Shown here: positions 37,435 to 46,500 of the stretch, piece by piece
Layout: every line of letters begins with the position of its first letter
How positions within the stretch are numbered: position 1 is the first letter of the stretch
NCBI GenBank assembly: GCA_024654535.1
Contig: JANLHL010000045.1
Coordinates: 1 to 63,001, forward strand
DNA from: Candidatus Roizmanbacteria bacterium
GTDB lineage: Bacteria; Patescibacteriota; Microgenomatia; UBA1406
Length of the DNA: 63,001 nucleotides
Reading direction: 5' to 3'
Program-made: the position numbers and the translations under genes
The notes under the pieces: model-generated
The model's database searches: none
What the model was told of the DNA's origin: nothing
Seen by the model: the letters and a program-made list of their open reading frames with translations, nothing else

Positions 37435-39017
37435 TAATCGGCAGGTTCGAGGTTCGAATCCTCGCCGGGGAGCCAGTTGGCACTTAATATACCAAGTTTA
37501 GCCTCATTAAGAACTTGGAGTGCAGGAGTGTATTCGACCTCCACTATTTTCTTATTTTGTACCCATATCTTTTGGAAGAAAAAGTGTAGATAAGCACGCT
37601 TGTGGTCGATGTCCGAATCCTCATAAGTTTGAACGATATTTCGAGTAAGTTTAAGTACTTCGTTAATGATGGAAGTATCAATAGTGTTGGTCTTATCCTG
37701 TTCTAAAAGTTCTTTCTGAATAACTAAGGCTTCTGCATCTAGTTGAGTATTGAATTTTTGGAGTTGCTCAGCAGATAGTTTGTTATCAAAGTAATCTTTT
37801 TCAATCTTTATTCTTTTTTGATCTACTGCATCTCTTTTGTTAAATAATGCCTTTTTAGCGTGTTGAATACGATCAATACTTTCATCGTAAACACGAGTAA
37901 TGTTGGTTTCAACAGCCTTGATAAATTCATCTGTAAAGGCAAGTTTATCGACTTCTTGTCTTACTTGGTCCTCTAAGTCAGTAAGCAGTACATATCTTGA
38001 AGGGCAACCACCACGCTTACCTGTTTGAGAGCAGTGATACATCCCAATCTTGCCATTACCAGTTTTATACTTCTCATGATAATGCCATTCCGCAACATAA
38101 CGTCTTCCGCAGTCTTTACAAAAGACGATACCCCTAAGAAGAAAGTTGTGCTTTCTTTTGCGTAAGCCATAATCACCTTTTTCTGAGAGTATTTTTTGGA
38201 CTAATTCAAAAGTAGGTTTGTCGACTAGCGGCTCATGTTTTCCCTTACCCACTTGTCCTCCGTGTCTCATCTCTCCCCAATAGAATGAGTTCTTGAGCAT
38301 ATTTCCGACAATGGAATATTGAATCGGTTTACCTTTTCTTCCAGTAACCCCATTCTTGTGGAGATACTGGCGAATATCATAAATCGCATAATCACGAGTT
38401 GCATACAGTTTAAATGCTTGACGGACAAAAGGTGCTGTATCAGGATCAGGAATAACAATCTTTTTGTCGTAAGAACCCTCAGGATTTTTATTGACAACAT
38501 TTAGATAACCTAACGGAGCCCAAGACGGATAATATCCTGCCTTAAATTTTTCTGCCGCTGTTTGTTTGACTTTATAGCTAGTCATGCGAGGAAAGAAGGC
38601 GTTCATCACCGCCATCATTTCATTCATTGTTCTGCTTACTGGATCACCATTAATCACTCCCGAAAGTGGAACGATTTTAACCCCACATTTTTCTAGTTCG
38701 CTAATAATAAAACAATATTCAAAAGTATCACGAGATAGTCGGGATATGTCTTGAACAACGAGATATTTGATGTCCTTTTTGGAACACCGACTTAATAGGG
38801 CTTGGAAGCTTGGTCTGTTTAAAGTTGTACCTGAAATCCCATTATCAACGTAGCAATCTTCAGCTAAGTACCCACCCAATTCTTGAATCTTTTCTAGCCC
38901 CTTAATCTGTTGGGTTTCAATACTGAGATTATCTACCTGATCCAGGGTACTTACTCTTGCGTAAAGAATGCACTTTGGTTTATCTCCATGTTCTGTAATA
39001 TCTTGTTTTAATCTCAT
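37362..39017 (-). CDS. large serine recombinase (integrase) 1; the last ~35 codons are antisense of the tRNA-Asn 3' exon and intron
   Basis: Catalytic ILYARVSTLDQ, recombinase domain, Zn ribbon (CKDCGRRY...CSQTGKRGGCPSRY), and a coiled-coil. The ORF reads through the junction at 37475 (..ILSANWL|PGEDSNLEPAD..). Confidence 0.9.
   Translation of the reverse strand: MRLKQDITEHGDKPKCILYARVSTLDQVDNLSIETQQIKGLEKIQELGGYLAEDCYVDNGISGTTLNRPSFQALLSRCSKKDIKYLVVQDISRLSRDTFEYCFIISELEKCGVKIVPLSGVINGDPVSRTMNEMMAVMNAFFPRMTSYKVKQTAAEKFKAGYYPSWAPLGYLNVVNKNPEGSYDKKIVIPDPDTAPFVRQAFKLYATRDYAIYDIRQYLHKNGVTGRKGKPIQYSIVGNMLKNSFYWGEMRHGGQVGKGKHEPLVDKPTFELVQKILSEKGDYGLRKRKHNFLLRGIVFCKDCGRRYVAEWHYHEKYKTGNGKIGMYHCSQTGKRGGCPSRYVLLTDLEDQVRQEVDKLAFTDEFIKAVETNITRVYDESIDRIQHAKKALFNKRDAVDQKRIKIEKDYFDNKLSAEQLQKFNTQLDAEALVIQKELLEQDKTNTIDTSIINEVLKLTRNIVQTYEDSDIDHKRAYLHFFFQKIWVQNKKIVEVEYTPALQVLNEAKLGILSANWLPGEDSNLEPADYILSLHFCKEWTIFFPLLEGQGAY
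37467..37491. repeat. attL-type junction: 25-bp direct repeat copy 1 (GGGGAGCCAGTTGGCACTTAATATA)
   Basis: Identical 25-mer at 58980-59004. The first 9 nt are the tRNA-Asn 3' end and the rest is the antisense of the recombinase 3' coding end. Confidence 0.8.
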
Positions 39018-39066
39018 ATATTTACTAACTAATGAGTAAACTTCCTATATCTATATAATCAAGCGT

Positions 39067-39342
39067 TTACTCATGAAAAGCACTCCGGATCGTTCTTTTG
39101 CATCGTTCTTCCTGTGCTTGTTCCATTAATAACTGACACCATTGTTGAGCAAGCTTATCCACATCAAACGGGGGTTGCGTATTCTTCCCATTTGGCAACG
39201 GGGACTTTAGTCCTGTTGGGTTGGTAGGTTTGTCCTTTCTAACTGATATCTCTCCTTGTGATATTTCGGGACACGATTGAGCCAACTTACTGTTATCAAG
39301 TGTTTTCTCTGATTTGGTAAATTGGCTCTTTCGTTTACTCAT
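39067..39342 (-). CDS. small hypothetical protein
   Basis: 91-aa ORF tightly packed between the resolvase-like gene and the recombinase. Confidence 0.45.
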   Translation of the reverse strand: MSKRKSQFTKSEKTLDNSKLAQSCPEISQGEISVRKDKPTNPTGLKSPLPNGKNTQPPFDVDKLAQQWCQLLMEQAQEERCKRTIRSAFHE

Positions 39343-39344
39343 GG

Positions 39345-39686
39345 TTATTTGCCTTTAACACCGCCTTGAACAGTTTTTATTTCAACGCCTACTTCCTTGA
39401 TGTACTGTTGCATTGAAATTGATTTGACCTTTTCTCTTGATAGACGATCAATATTGGCGCAGACAATGCAGTCTATTTCAACGGTCCCAATAACTAAAAA
39501 CATTTGAGACAAACCACAGCCTGGTAGGTTTTCTGATGATTTTGAGTCAATATACAAAGCTGTTAACTCTAAAGATTCCTTTTCGCAGTATTGTTTTATG
39601 CTATTCTCTTGATCTTCAAGGGATTTTTTATTACCTGTTGCTGACCGTATATAACCTACGGCAACTTTTTTTGTGTTATTCTTCAT
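39345..39686 (-). CDS. stand-alone resolvase-type catalytic-domain protein (no DNA-binding domain)
   Basis: GGAGGTG RBS. VGYIRSATGNKKSLEDQ...IDRLSR aligns with the YxRVST...DRLSR pattern of serine recombinases, but reads R-S-A-T where R-V-S-T is expected. Confidence 0.6.
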   Translation of the reverse strand: MKNNTKKVAVGYIRSATGNKKSLEDQENSIKQYCEKESLELTALYIDSKSSENLPGCGLSQMFLVIGTVEIDCIVCANIDRLSREKVKSISMQQYIKEVGVEIKTVQGGVKGK

Positions 39687-41067
39687 GCAATTTCACCTCC
39701 TCTCTATTCGAGTTTGCTAATTGATTAGGGAAATAGTCTGTTTTCAAGAGGGCGGTATCCACAGAAGGACGACTACTATCAAAAAGTGAAGAGTATGAGG
39801 CATTTCTCAGGCTAAATAGGTCTTCGGGACTCTTAAAAGTCTTAAAAGAAAAAGGTAGAAAATGATGAAAAAACAATATATTACTGAGGATAATTGTGGA
39901 CAATATAATTCCTTGTGCTTTCCCCTTATTGTTACTGCTCTTACTACTATGTTTAGTGATACTCCTGATGTGATATTTGTTATTCACCTTAGTTGTATCT
40001 ATTCCATACAAGTACCCAGGATTCTGACTTCCTCGTCTTTCGATTAGGTTTCCAAGCTTCCACAATGTCCTTCTGAGGGTGCTTTGGGAGATGTTTAATC
40101 GCTCACAAATCAGATTGGACGGCTTTGCTTCGAAGTAAATCTCGTTAAATAGTTTTAGACAGTTAGTATCACCTATGATGTCAGTAGGGATTGTTGGAAG
40201 CACCTTCATTTCCTGCTTATTCAGATGGGATGATACTTTTTCGTTTTGACTAATCTCGTCTGATCCTAGTATTGGAGTGTAGTCAGCTTTTTCGTAGGAG
40301 CTTTCCATGGATAGCGTTTTAGTTTTGAGAGAAGAAATGACTGCTTTTAGGACTGCTACGCCTCGCTTTTTAGCTACCTCCAAAGACATGGGTTTGATGA
40401 GTTGGATTTCTAGCTTTGGAGGTATGTTTTGGTTAACTTTTTGATTTGCCTTTAAATATTCGAGGACATGTTTATATGTTTTGATATTGCAGTAACCGTC
40501 AATGTAAAGGTTTTTAATCAGGTGGGAATATTCCTCATCAGGGTCTAGGGCACTAGTTTTAATGTTCATCTTCCCGACAATAAATCTCTTGGCTAACTTA
40601 TCTAATGCCTTTGTGACTTCATCAAACTTATTAAATGGATGGCGACAGCAGATTTCAACATAACCATAGGTGATATGGTCAACAAGTATTTCAATGCCGT
40701 TACTTTTCAGGGAGTCGATAAAATCTTGGATTCTTTTTTCGGGATACATTCCATCAACATGGATGACGTTTTTGATGTAGTCGATGTAAGCCCAATGTTT
40801 ATATTCAAGCTTTCCGTTTGCTAGTCCGTATTTTGGAAGCAATATCTTTACCTCTAGGGGAGAATAGGTGTGGTTATGGAAGTTGGTATAGATTTTATTG
40901 GATTGACCAACACTAAACTTCGGGTCAGTGAACCCAAATAGTTTACTAACTAATAAGGAAAGTGGAGTGCTTGATGAAACGAAAAGGGAGGCTTTTACTC
41001 TGTGGATGTAAAAGTATTCCTTAGGGGTTGAATAATCTATTTGGATGTTAGAAAAATTAGTATTCAT
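39676..41067 (-). CDS. hypothetical protein with internal HTH, possible replication/initiator protein
   Basis: 463 aa with an HTH-like ERLNISQSTLRRTLWKLGNLI. The N-terminal half loosely resembles the Rep-like protein at 55533-56672 (ILLPKYGLANG vs LSLPKLLFGNN). Confidence 0.45.
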   Translation of the reverse strand: MNTNFSNIQIDYSTPKEYFYIHRVKASLFVSSSTPLSLLVSKLFGFTDPKFSVGQSNKIYTNFHNHTYSPLEVKILLPKYGLANGKLEYKHWAYIDYIKNVIHVDGMYPEKRIQDFIDSLKSNGIEILVDHITYGYVEICCRHPFNKFDEVTKALDKLAKRFIVGKMNIKTSALDPDEEYSHLIKNLYIDGYCNIKTYKHVLEYLKANQKVNQNIPPKLEIQLIKPMSLEVAKKRGVAVLKAVISSLKTKTLSMESSYEKADYTPILGSDEISQNEKVSSHLNKQEMKVLPTIPTDIIGDTNCLKLFNEIYFEAKPSNLICERLNISQSTLRRTLWKLGNLIERRGSQNPGYLYGIDTTKVNNKYHIRSITKHSSKSSNNKGKAQGIILSTIILSNILFFHHFLPFSFKTFKSPEDLFSLRNASYSSLFDSSRPSVDTALLKTDYFPNQLANSNREEVKLHEE

Positions 41068-41142
41068 AATCTGAATACCATTTTCCTAAAAAGGGCGAAG
41101 GGAATATAACCTATACACAAGCGTCTAAAAAGGAACTGCAGT

Positions 41143-41961
41143 TTACAAGCCGATAAAAGGTAGGTATGAAGCTAGAAGATTTTCGTATGCCTTGATACCC
41201 TTGATGATGTCGAGATATGTAGTCGTGTCGTTTTCATTAATGTGAGCCTTTTGCCATTCCTTATCAACTTCTTTTACTGATCCAAGCTTTATTTTCCCCC
41301 AGTACCATTCCCGATACTTTCGAACATTGGGAGTCGTGTCTGCGTGGGGTTTATAATAGGACATAAATTCGTTTGTTTTCATCATTTCTTTTGCTTTTCG
41401 AAGTTCCTCATCAACATCGTCATAGGTGGAAATAGGAGAAACAAAAATAGCTATCTGATTAAGTGCAGGCCATGCCCCCAATAGTGAAAAATCAACAGTC
41501 TTTGCCTCGGTAGGTTTGAATAGAGTGTCATCGACAGCACCACAGAGGATTGCTTGTTTGATTGCATCAATAAAATACGGTGGTCGTTTAAACTCGTAGC
41601 AGATTAGGTTGCACTCAGCATCAAATGTTTCAGGTAATGCGTTTTGCGAGCTAGTTATAAAATCGTAAAATTCAGGGAAATTCTCTTTAACCTCTTTTAT
41701 CCTTGAATATTTTGAGAGATCAATTATTCCAGTCTTATTTTCTATAAACCAACCCTTTTCGTAACTATCTAACTGCTTCTTAAACTCGCCCAAGGTGAAT
41801 AAATCGGTAACACCATATGCTTTTCGAAGGTTTGGAAGCATTTGAAGAAACTTGTCTTTATCAAAAAAGATAGCTAAATCCTGATAGAGGATGTCTTTCT
41901 CTGTACGAATATCAATCCGTAACCCATGAAGATAGGATTTATCAATTTTCTTAATTTTCAT
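41143..41961 (-). CDS. hypothetical protein (weak paralog of 57165-57851)
   Basis: 272-aa ORF and first gene of the minus-strand backbone operon. Local similarity LRKAYGV...FKKQL vs LYRDKYSV...FDEWL. Confidence 0.55.
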   Translation of the reverse strand: MKIKKIDKSYLHGLRIDIRTEKDILYQDLAIFFDKDKFLQMLPNLRKAYGVTDLFTLGEFKKQLDSYEKGWFIENKTGIIDLSKYSRIKEVKENFPEFYDFITSSQNALPETFDAECNLICYEFKRPPYFIDAIKQAILCGAVDDTLFKPTEAKTVDFSLLGAWPALNQIAIFVSPISTYDDVDEELRKAKEMMKTNEFMSYYKPHADTTPNVRKYREWYWGKIKLGSVKEVDKEWQKAHINENDTTTYLDIIKGIKAYENLLASYLPFIGL

Positions 41962-42099
41962 ATATATTTTCAGACTCTCAACTACATTGTACTAAAAATA
42001 TGACTTCTAAGGCGATTTATAGGTTTATTTATAGGGTAAAGCAAGATGAAAAGTGATAAAATATGATTGTTTAGTCGAGAATATAAAAGAAAATAAATT

Positions 42100-42993
42100 A
42101 TGGATAATACGAGAATTAACATTCTTCATATTTGGACAGAGGACAATCTTCGATTACAGGGTGTCCATTACGATTCGGGTTCAAAAAATACCTGTGTATT
42201 GTGTATCCATGGCATGTCAGGAAATTTTATAGAAAACTACTTCGCTAGTGTTTTGGGTGACACATTGTCAAATCAAAATATTGGTTTTGTTTATGGTCAT
42301 AATCGTGGATATAACCACATCAACGACATCGTTAAAAAAGAAGCGGATGGCAAATTCAAGACAGTAAGAATTGGTGCTATGTATGAAAGGTTTGAAGAAA
42401 GCATTAATGATATAGATGCGTGGTTGAACGAAGTAAAAAGATTAGGCTATAAAAAGGTTGTACTCTTGGGTCATAGTTTGGGATGCAATAAGACAATCTA
42501 TTTTTATAGTAAGAAACAACCAAAAGACATAGCAGGGGTAGTTTTGGCTTCTCCTCCTGATATGGTTGGTTTATTTGAAAAGACAGAATATCAACCAAAC
42601 CATAAAGAACTGTTATCGGAAGCAATTAGCAATATCAAAGACGGAAACCCAAGAAAGTTGGTCAGTGGAACGGTTTGGGATTGGTATCAATTGTCTTCAC
42701 AAACATATTTCGACTTATCAGAAACTAAAGGTTTGGTAGACAACCTTCCTGTTTTACGAAGTCCTGATAAATTTGAGGAATTATCGCAAATAAATGTACC
42801 GATACTTGGAATAATGGGAGAACTTGATGATATTGCGATTAAAACACTTGAAGAGGATATGGACTTAATAGCCTCTAAAGCAGAAAAATGTCCTTCTTTT
42901 ACAAAAGAGTTCATAAAGGGAGCCAATCACACATACGATCAACAAGAAGAAGCCTTTGCCAAAGTTGTAACCGATTGGGTAAAAAAATTATGA
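42100..42993 (+). CDS. alpha/beta hydrolase
   Basis: VLCIHGMSGN, nucleophile elbow LLGHSLGCNK, C-terminal GANHTY. Confidence 0.75.
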   Translation: MDNTRINILHIWTEDNLRLQGVHYDSGSKNTCVLCIHGMSGNFIENYFASVLGDTLSNQNIGFVYGHNRGYNHINDIVKKEADGKFKTVRIGAMYERFEESINDIDAWLNEVKRLGYKKVVLLGHSLGCNKTIYFYSKKQPKDIAGVVLASPPDMVGLFEKTEYQPNHKELLSEAISNIKDGNPRKLVSGTVWDWYQLSSQTYFDLSETKGLVDNLPVLRSPDKFEELSQINVPILGIMGELDDIAIKTLEEDMDLIASKAEKCPSFTKEFIKGANHTYDQQEEAFAKVVTDWVKKL

Positions 42994-43550
42994 AAGACTT
43001 TTTAGAATTGGCTCGGAAATTTGGATATGAAGAAGTTGAGAGGACGGGAATGCCGCTCAAACTTCATGTAGATTTGGCATGCCAGGTTGGGAAGAGATTA
43101 GCAGAGATTTTGGGAGCAAATGTAGAAATCGTTGAAATTGGAACACTTCTTATGGATTGTATGATCGGCCAGGCCATTAAACAAGGGAAACTTAACGAGC
43201 ATATTCGAATGTCTGCTGAGAAAGCAGATGAATTGCTTTCCCATTCAAATCTTTCAAGCAAAGATAAGGAAAATATAAGGCATTGTGTGCTTGAACATCA
43301 CGGTGCGGATAAATTTTATTCCTTAGAGTCTGAAATTTGTTGTAATGCTGATTGTTACCGATTTACTTCAGTTAAGGGGTTTTCCTACGCCATGAGATAT
43401 ATGAGAGAGATGCCTTTCGTTGATATGGTTAATCTTTTGGAAAATAAAGTGGCAGAAAAATGGGGATTAGTTAGCTTAGATATTTGTAAGAAAGAACTAT
43501 CACCACAACATTCAGTACTGAAATCATTTCTTAAAAAACTAAAGGCGTGA
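42990..43550 (+). CDS. HD-domain-like protein (HD dyad reads M-D)
   Basis: ATGA overlap with the upstream gene. LKLHVDLA...GTLLMDCMIG...CVLEHHGADKFY follows the HD-superfamily spacing, but the canonical H of the HD dyad is Met. Confidence 0.55.
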   Translation: MKDFLELARKFGYEEVERTGMPLKLHVDLACQVGKRLAEILGANVEIVEIGTLLMDCMIGQAIKQGKLNEHIRMSAEKADELLSHSNLSSKDKENIRHCVLEHHGADKFYSLESEICCNADCYRFTSVKGFSYAMRYMREMPFVDMVNLLENKVAEKWGLVSLDICKKELSPQHSVLKSFLKKLKA

Positions 43551-43585
43551 ACAAAATTATATAGTTACTGCCCAAATGATAATAA

Positions 43586-46500
43586 ATGAGCGAATTTTCA
43601 GAACAGACAATCATTGATGAAAAGGGTCTTAAAATACTTGCTTTAGCATTTGATGAGCTATTTATAGACATTCAGTCTTTTGGAGCAAAAGACAAGACAG
43701 CGGATGTAGATGGAAGAGTCAGGCTTAGGGATGGAAAAAGCAAAAACTTAAACAAAGTTCTTGAGTTTCAATTAAAAAGCACCAAGAAGGTAAAGGGTAA
43801 TAAACACAGGTTTGATCGTAAGGATATTGACTATCAACTTTCATGCAATATCCCCACTCTAATGTTTGTTGTAGATGTGACAAGTAAGAAAACGTATTGG
43901 TATTATTTTCCAAATAATGTTAATAAACTTGATATAGGGAAAAGTTACGAAACTAAAACGCTTGATCTCAAAGGGTGTGAAGTCGATGGTAACTCTAAAG
44001 AACTTAAAGAATTATGGGAAAAGATAGCAAGTGTTGAACCTTCAGAAATTTCTTCGAAAACTGCAACATCAGAACTTGAGTTAGACGTAAGAGCTGACAA
44101 AACAGAAACATCCTCACAAGTTCGAGCAGTACTAAGCTATGAGGCAACCTCCGAATATCAATCAGAACTAGATAATGCCCGAGATTTAATAAACAACAAC
44201 AAACCCCTCACTGCCTTAAGTATCCTCGAAGATTTAAAAAAGCGTGTATGGAATAAAACTTCTGATAATCTAGTTAAATTTCGAATATTGACCAACATTG
44301 GAGCATCCAAACTTGCCTTAGATCAGGAGACAGAAGCATGTAAGTTGTTTCTTGAGGCACTCCAATACAATCCCGATGATGAAAAGGCATTAGCAAATGT
44401 TTCTTTAGCTTATTTATTATCAGGAGATAGCGCTCAGGCAATTACTTATGCACTCAAAACATTAGATAAGAATCCTTCCAACCCCCAAGCGTTATCTGTT
44501 TTTTTGCAAGCAGCTGATAAAAAGAAACGTGATAGTTATCTAGATAAATTATCGAGCACTCTCAAAAACTCACCTGAGGTGTATTTTTCACTTGGATTCG
44601 TTGAACAGAAAAATGATAACTACGAGCAAGCAATTCCTTACCTACGTAAAGCGTTGGAGCTTGATGATGGCAAATCATTAGAGATACCAAGTACATTAGC
44701 GGGAGCATTGATAGATAAAAATGTCCCAGTCCTAAAGAAACAGGAGCTTGAAGGTTTAACAAAGAAAGATAATGCGGAGGTTGAGGAAGCGATAGGACTT
44801 CTAGATAAGGTTTGGGGTAAGGTTGAAAATACTGAATTAGCAAAAACAAAAGTTAGTTGGTTGGTAAATCGAAGTTTTGCGAAGAGAGTTTTAGGTAAGT
44901 ATGACGAAGCCTATGAAGATGCAAAAAAAGCATGCGAACTTGATCCTGACAATTTTAATGGGATACGAAATTTTGCAATCCTTTCTTTTGAGATGAATAA
45001 GTATGACGAAGCAATCAAGCTTCTTGAGCCATTTAAAAACTCTAAAGAATTTCCTCAAGCTACTTATTTGATGGGATTAGTAGTAAGAGAACGTAAAGAT
45101 TTTGATAAGGCTATTGCACTAATTCTGAGTCAATTGGAACAACCGAATATAACAGACGATACTAAAGAAGATGGATTAGCACTTCTTATTGAAACGTATC
45201 TGATGGCGGGAAAACCTGATGATGCAGAAAAATATATAAACGATAATCTGAAAAAGAATGAAAAGAACTTAATGTTATTAGTTTTCAAGTCAAAACTTTA
45301 TCAGGATAGAGGGCAACAATCAGAGGCGATAGAACAAATTAAAAAGGCATATAGCTACTTAACTGAGACATCTTCTTACCATGACAAGTTTATGGTCGGA
45401 AGCCAACTATATAAACTTCAACAGTTTAAAGAAACTCAAGCGATTTACGAGGAGATAGTCGATAAATCTGTTTACTCTCAATTGTTGTATCGGCTTTTGT
45501 ACACCTATTACGAAACCAATAGTTACGCAAAAGCACTGGCTCTCAGTCGGTCAATAATTCAAAAACAAGGACCCATTGACGATGTATTAAAGATACAAGC
45601 TGCCATTTTGGAAGAACAAGGTGATCTCGATGGAGTTATAGCAACTTATGATATGGCGATTGAAAATAATCCTAATGACATCTCATCAAAGGTTCAAAAA
45701 GGGTTTGTGTTACTTAGGCAAAATAAATTTAAAGAAGTAGATAAGTATTTAGATGAGACAATTTTCGATTTAGAAACACTTTCGGAAACAATGAGATTCC
45801 GATTGGGATACCTCTATGCTCTTCGTGGAAAAATAGATGAATTCCTTACAACCATTTACGAAACTAGACGGAAATTTTATGACGATGAAAAAGCGCATGT
45901 GGAATACATTCAGCTGTTCTTCATGAGAACAAAAGACACTGAGTCCATTCTTGCCCCAAAAGAAGTTAAGGAAGGGACTGGGGTTGTTTATAAACTTCCC
46001 AATGGTCAGTTGGAACGCTTTGTTATTGATGATAGAGAAGATGCGTCCAAAGCACTTAAAGAAATTAGACCAAGCGAGGAGTTGGCAAAGAAATTAATGG
46101 GTAAAAAGGTTGGAGACAAAGTTGAAATTAAGCCAAGAGTGATTGTAGAAATAACGGAAATCAAGAGTAAATATGTCCATGCTTTACACGAAAGTATGGC
46201 GTTACACCAATCATTGTTTAGCGATACGCCTGGTCTGCAAAGTATTCAATTGGGTGAACCTAAAAAGAAGGGTGAATTACCTGAAGGATTTGACGTTATC
46301 GAGAAACAAATTACCGATCAATATGACCATGCACAAAAGGTGGAAGCTCTTTATAAGAATAAGAAGATTACCATCGGAGCTTTTGCGAATTTAATTGGTA
46401 GAAACATAATTGAAGTTTGGGGTGGGATGGTAGCCGAGGAAAGGTTGGGTATAAATTACGCAAGAGGTGATCTGCAAGAAAGGATCACTGCTGTTGCTGA

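Larger units (their letters stand above)
36841..37475 (+). tRNA. tRNA-Asn(GUU), split by a group I intron. Exon 1 is 36841-36874 and exon 2 is 37435-37475 (CCA encoded).
   Basis: The joined exons give UCCCCGG-UA-GCUC-AAUGGUA-GAGC-G-UCCGA-CUGUUAA-UCGGC-AGGUU-CGAGG-UUCGAAU-CCUCG-CCGGGGA-G-CCA. This is a full cloverleaf with U1-A72 and G73, as in E. coli tRNA-Asn. There is one U-C mismatch at 27-43. Confidence 0.82.

Noticed and set aside
37362-37472. The last ~35 residues of recombinase 1 treated as a genuine protein domain.
   Set aside because: This stretch is simply the antisense of the tRNA 3' exon and intron P9. It is a by-product of integration, although it may still be translated.
36841-37475. 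Alternative readings considered: a tRNA-Tyr(GUA) 5' half, or a tRNA gene destroyed by an insertion (pseudogene).
   Set aside because: The short variable loop, U1-A72 and G73 fit Asn and not Tyr. The insert has a complete group I core and ends in G directly before UAA-stem, which restores a GUU anticodon loop. An intron therefore explains it better than disruption.
39021-39040. Inverted repeat TTTACT-n8-AGTAAA upstream of recombinase 1, considered as an operator.
   Set aside because: The 6-bp arms sit in AT-rich DNA and are expected by chance, with no second copy elsewhere.
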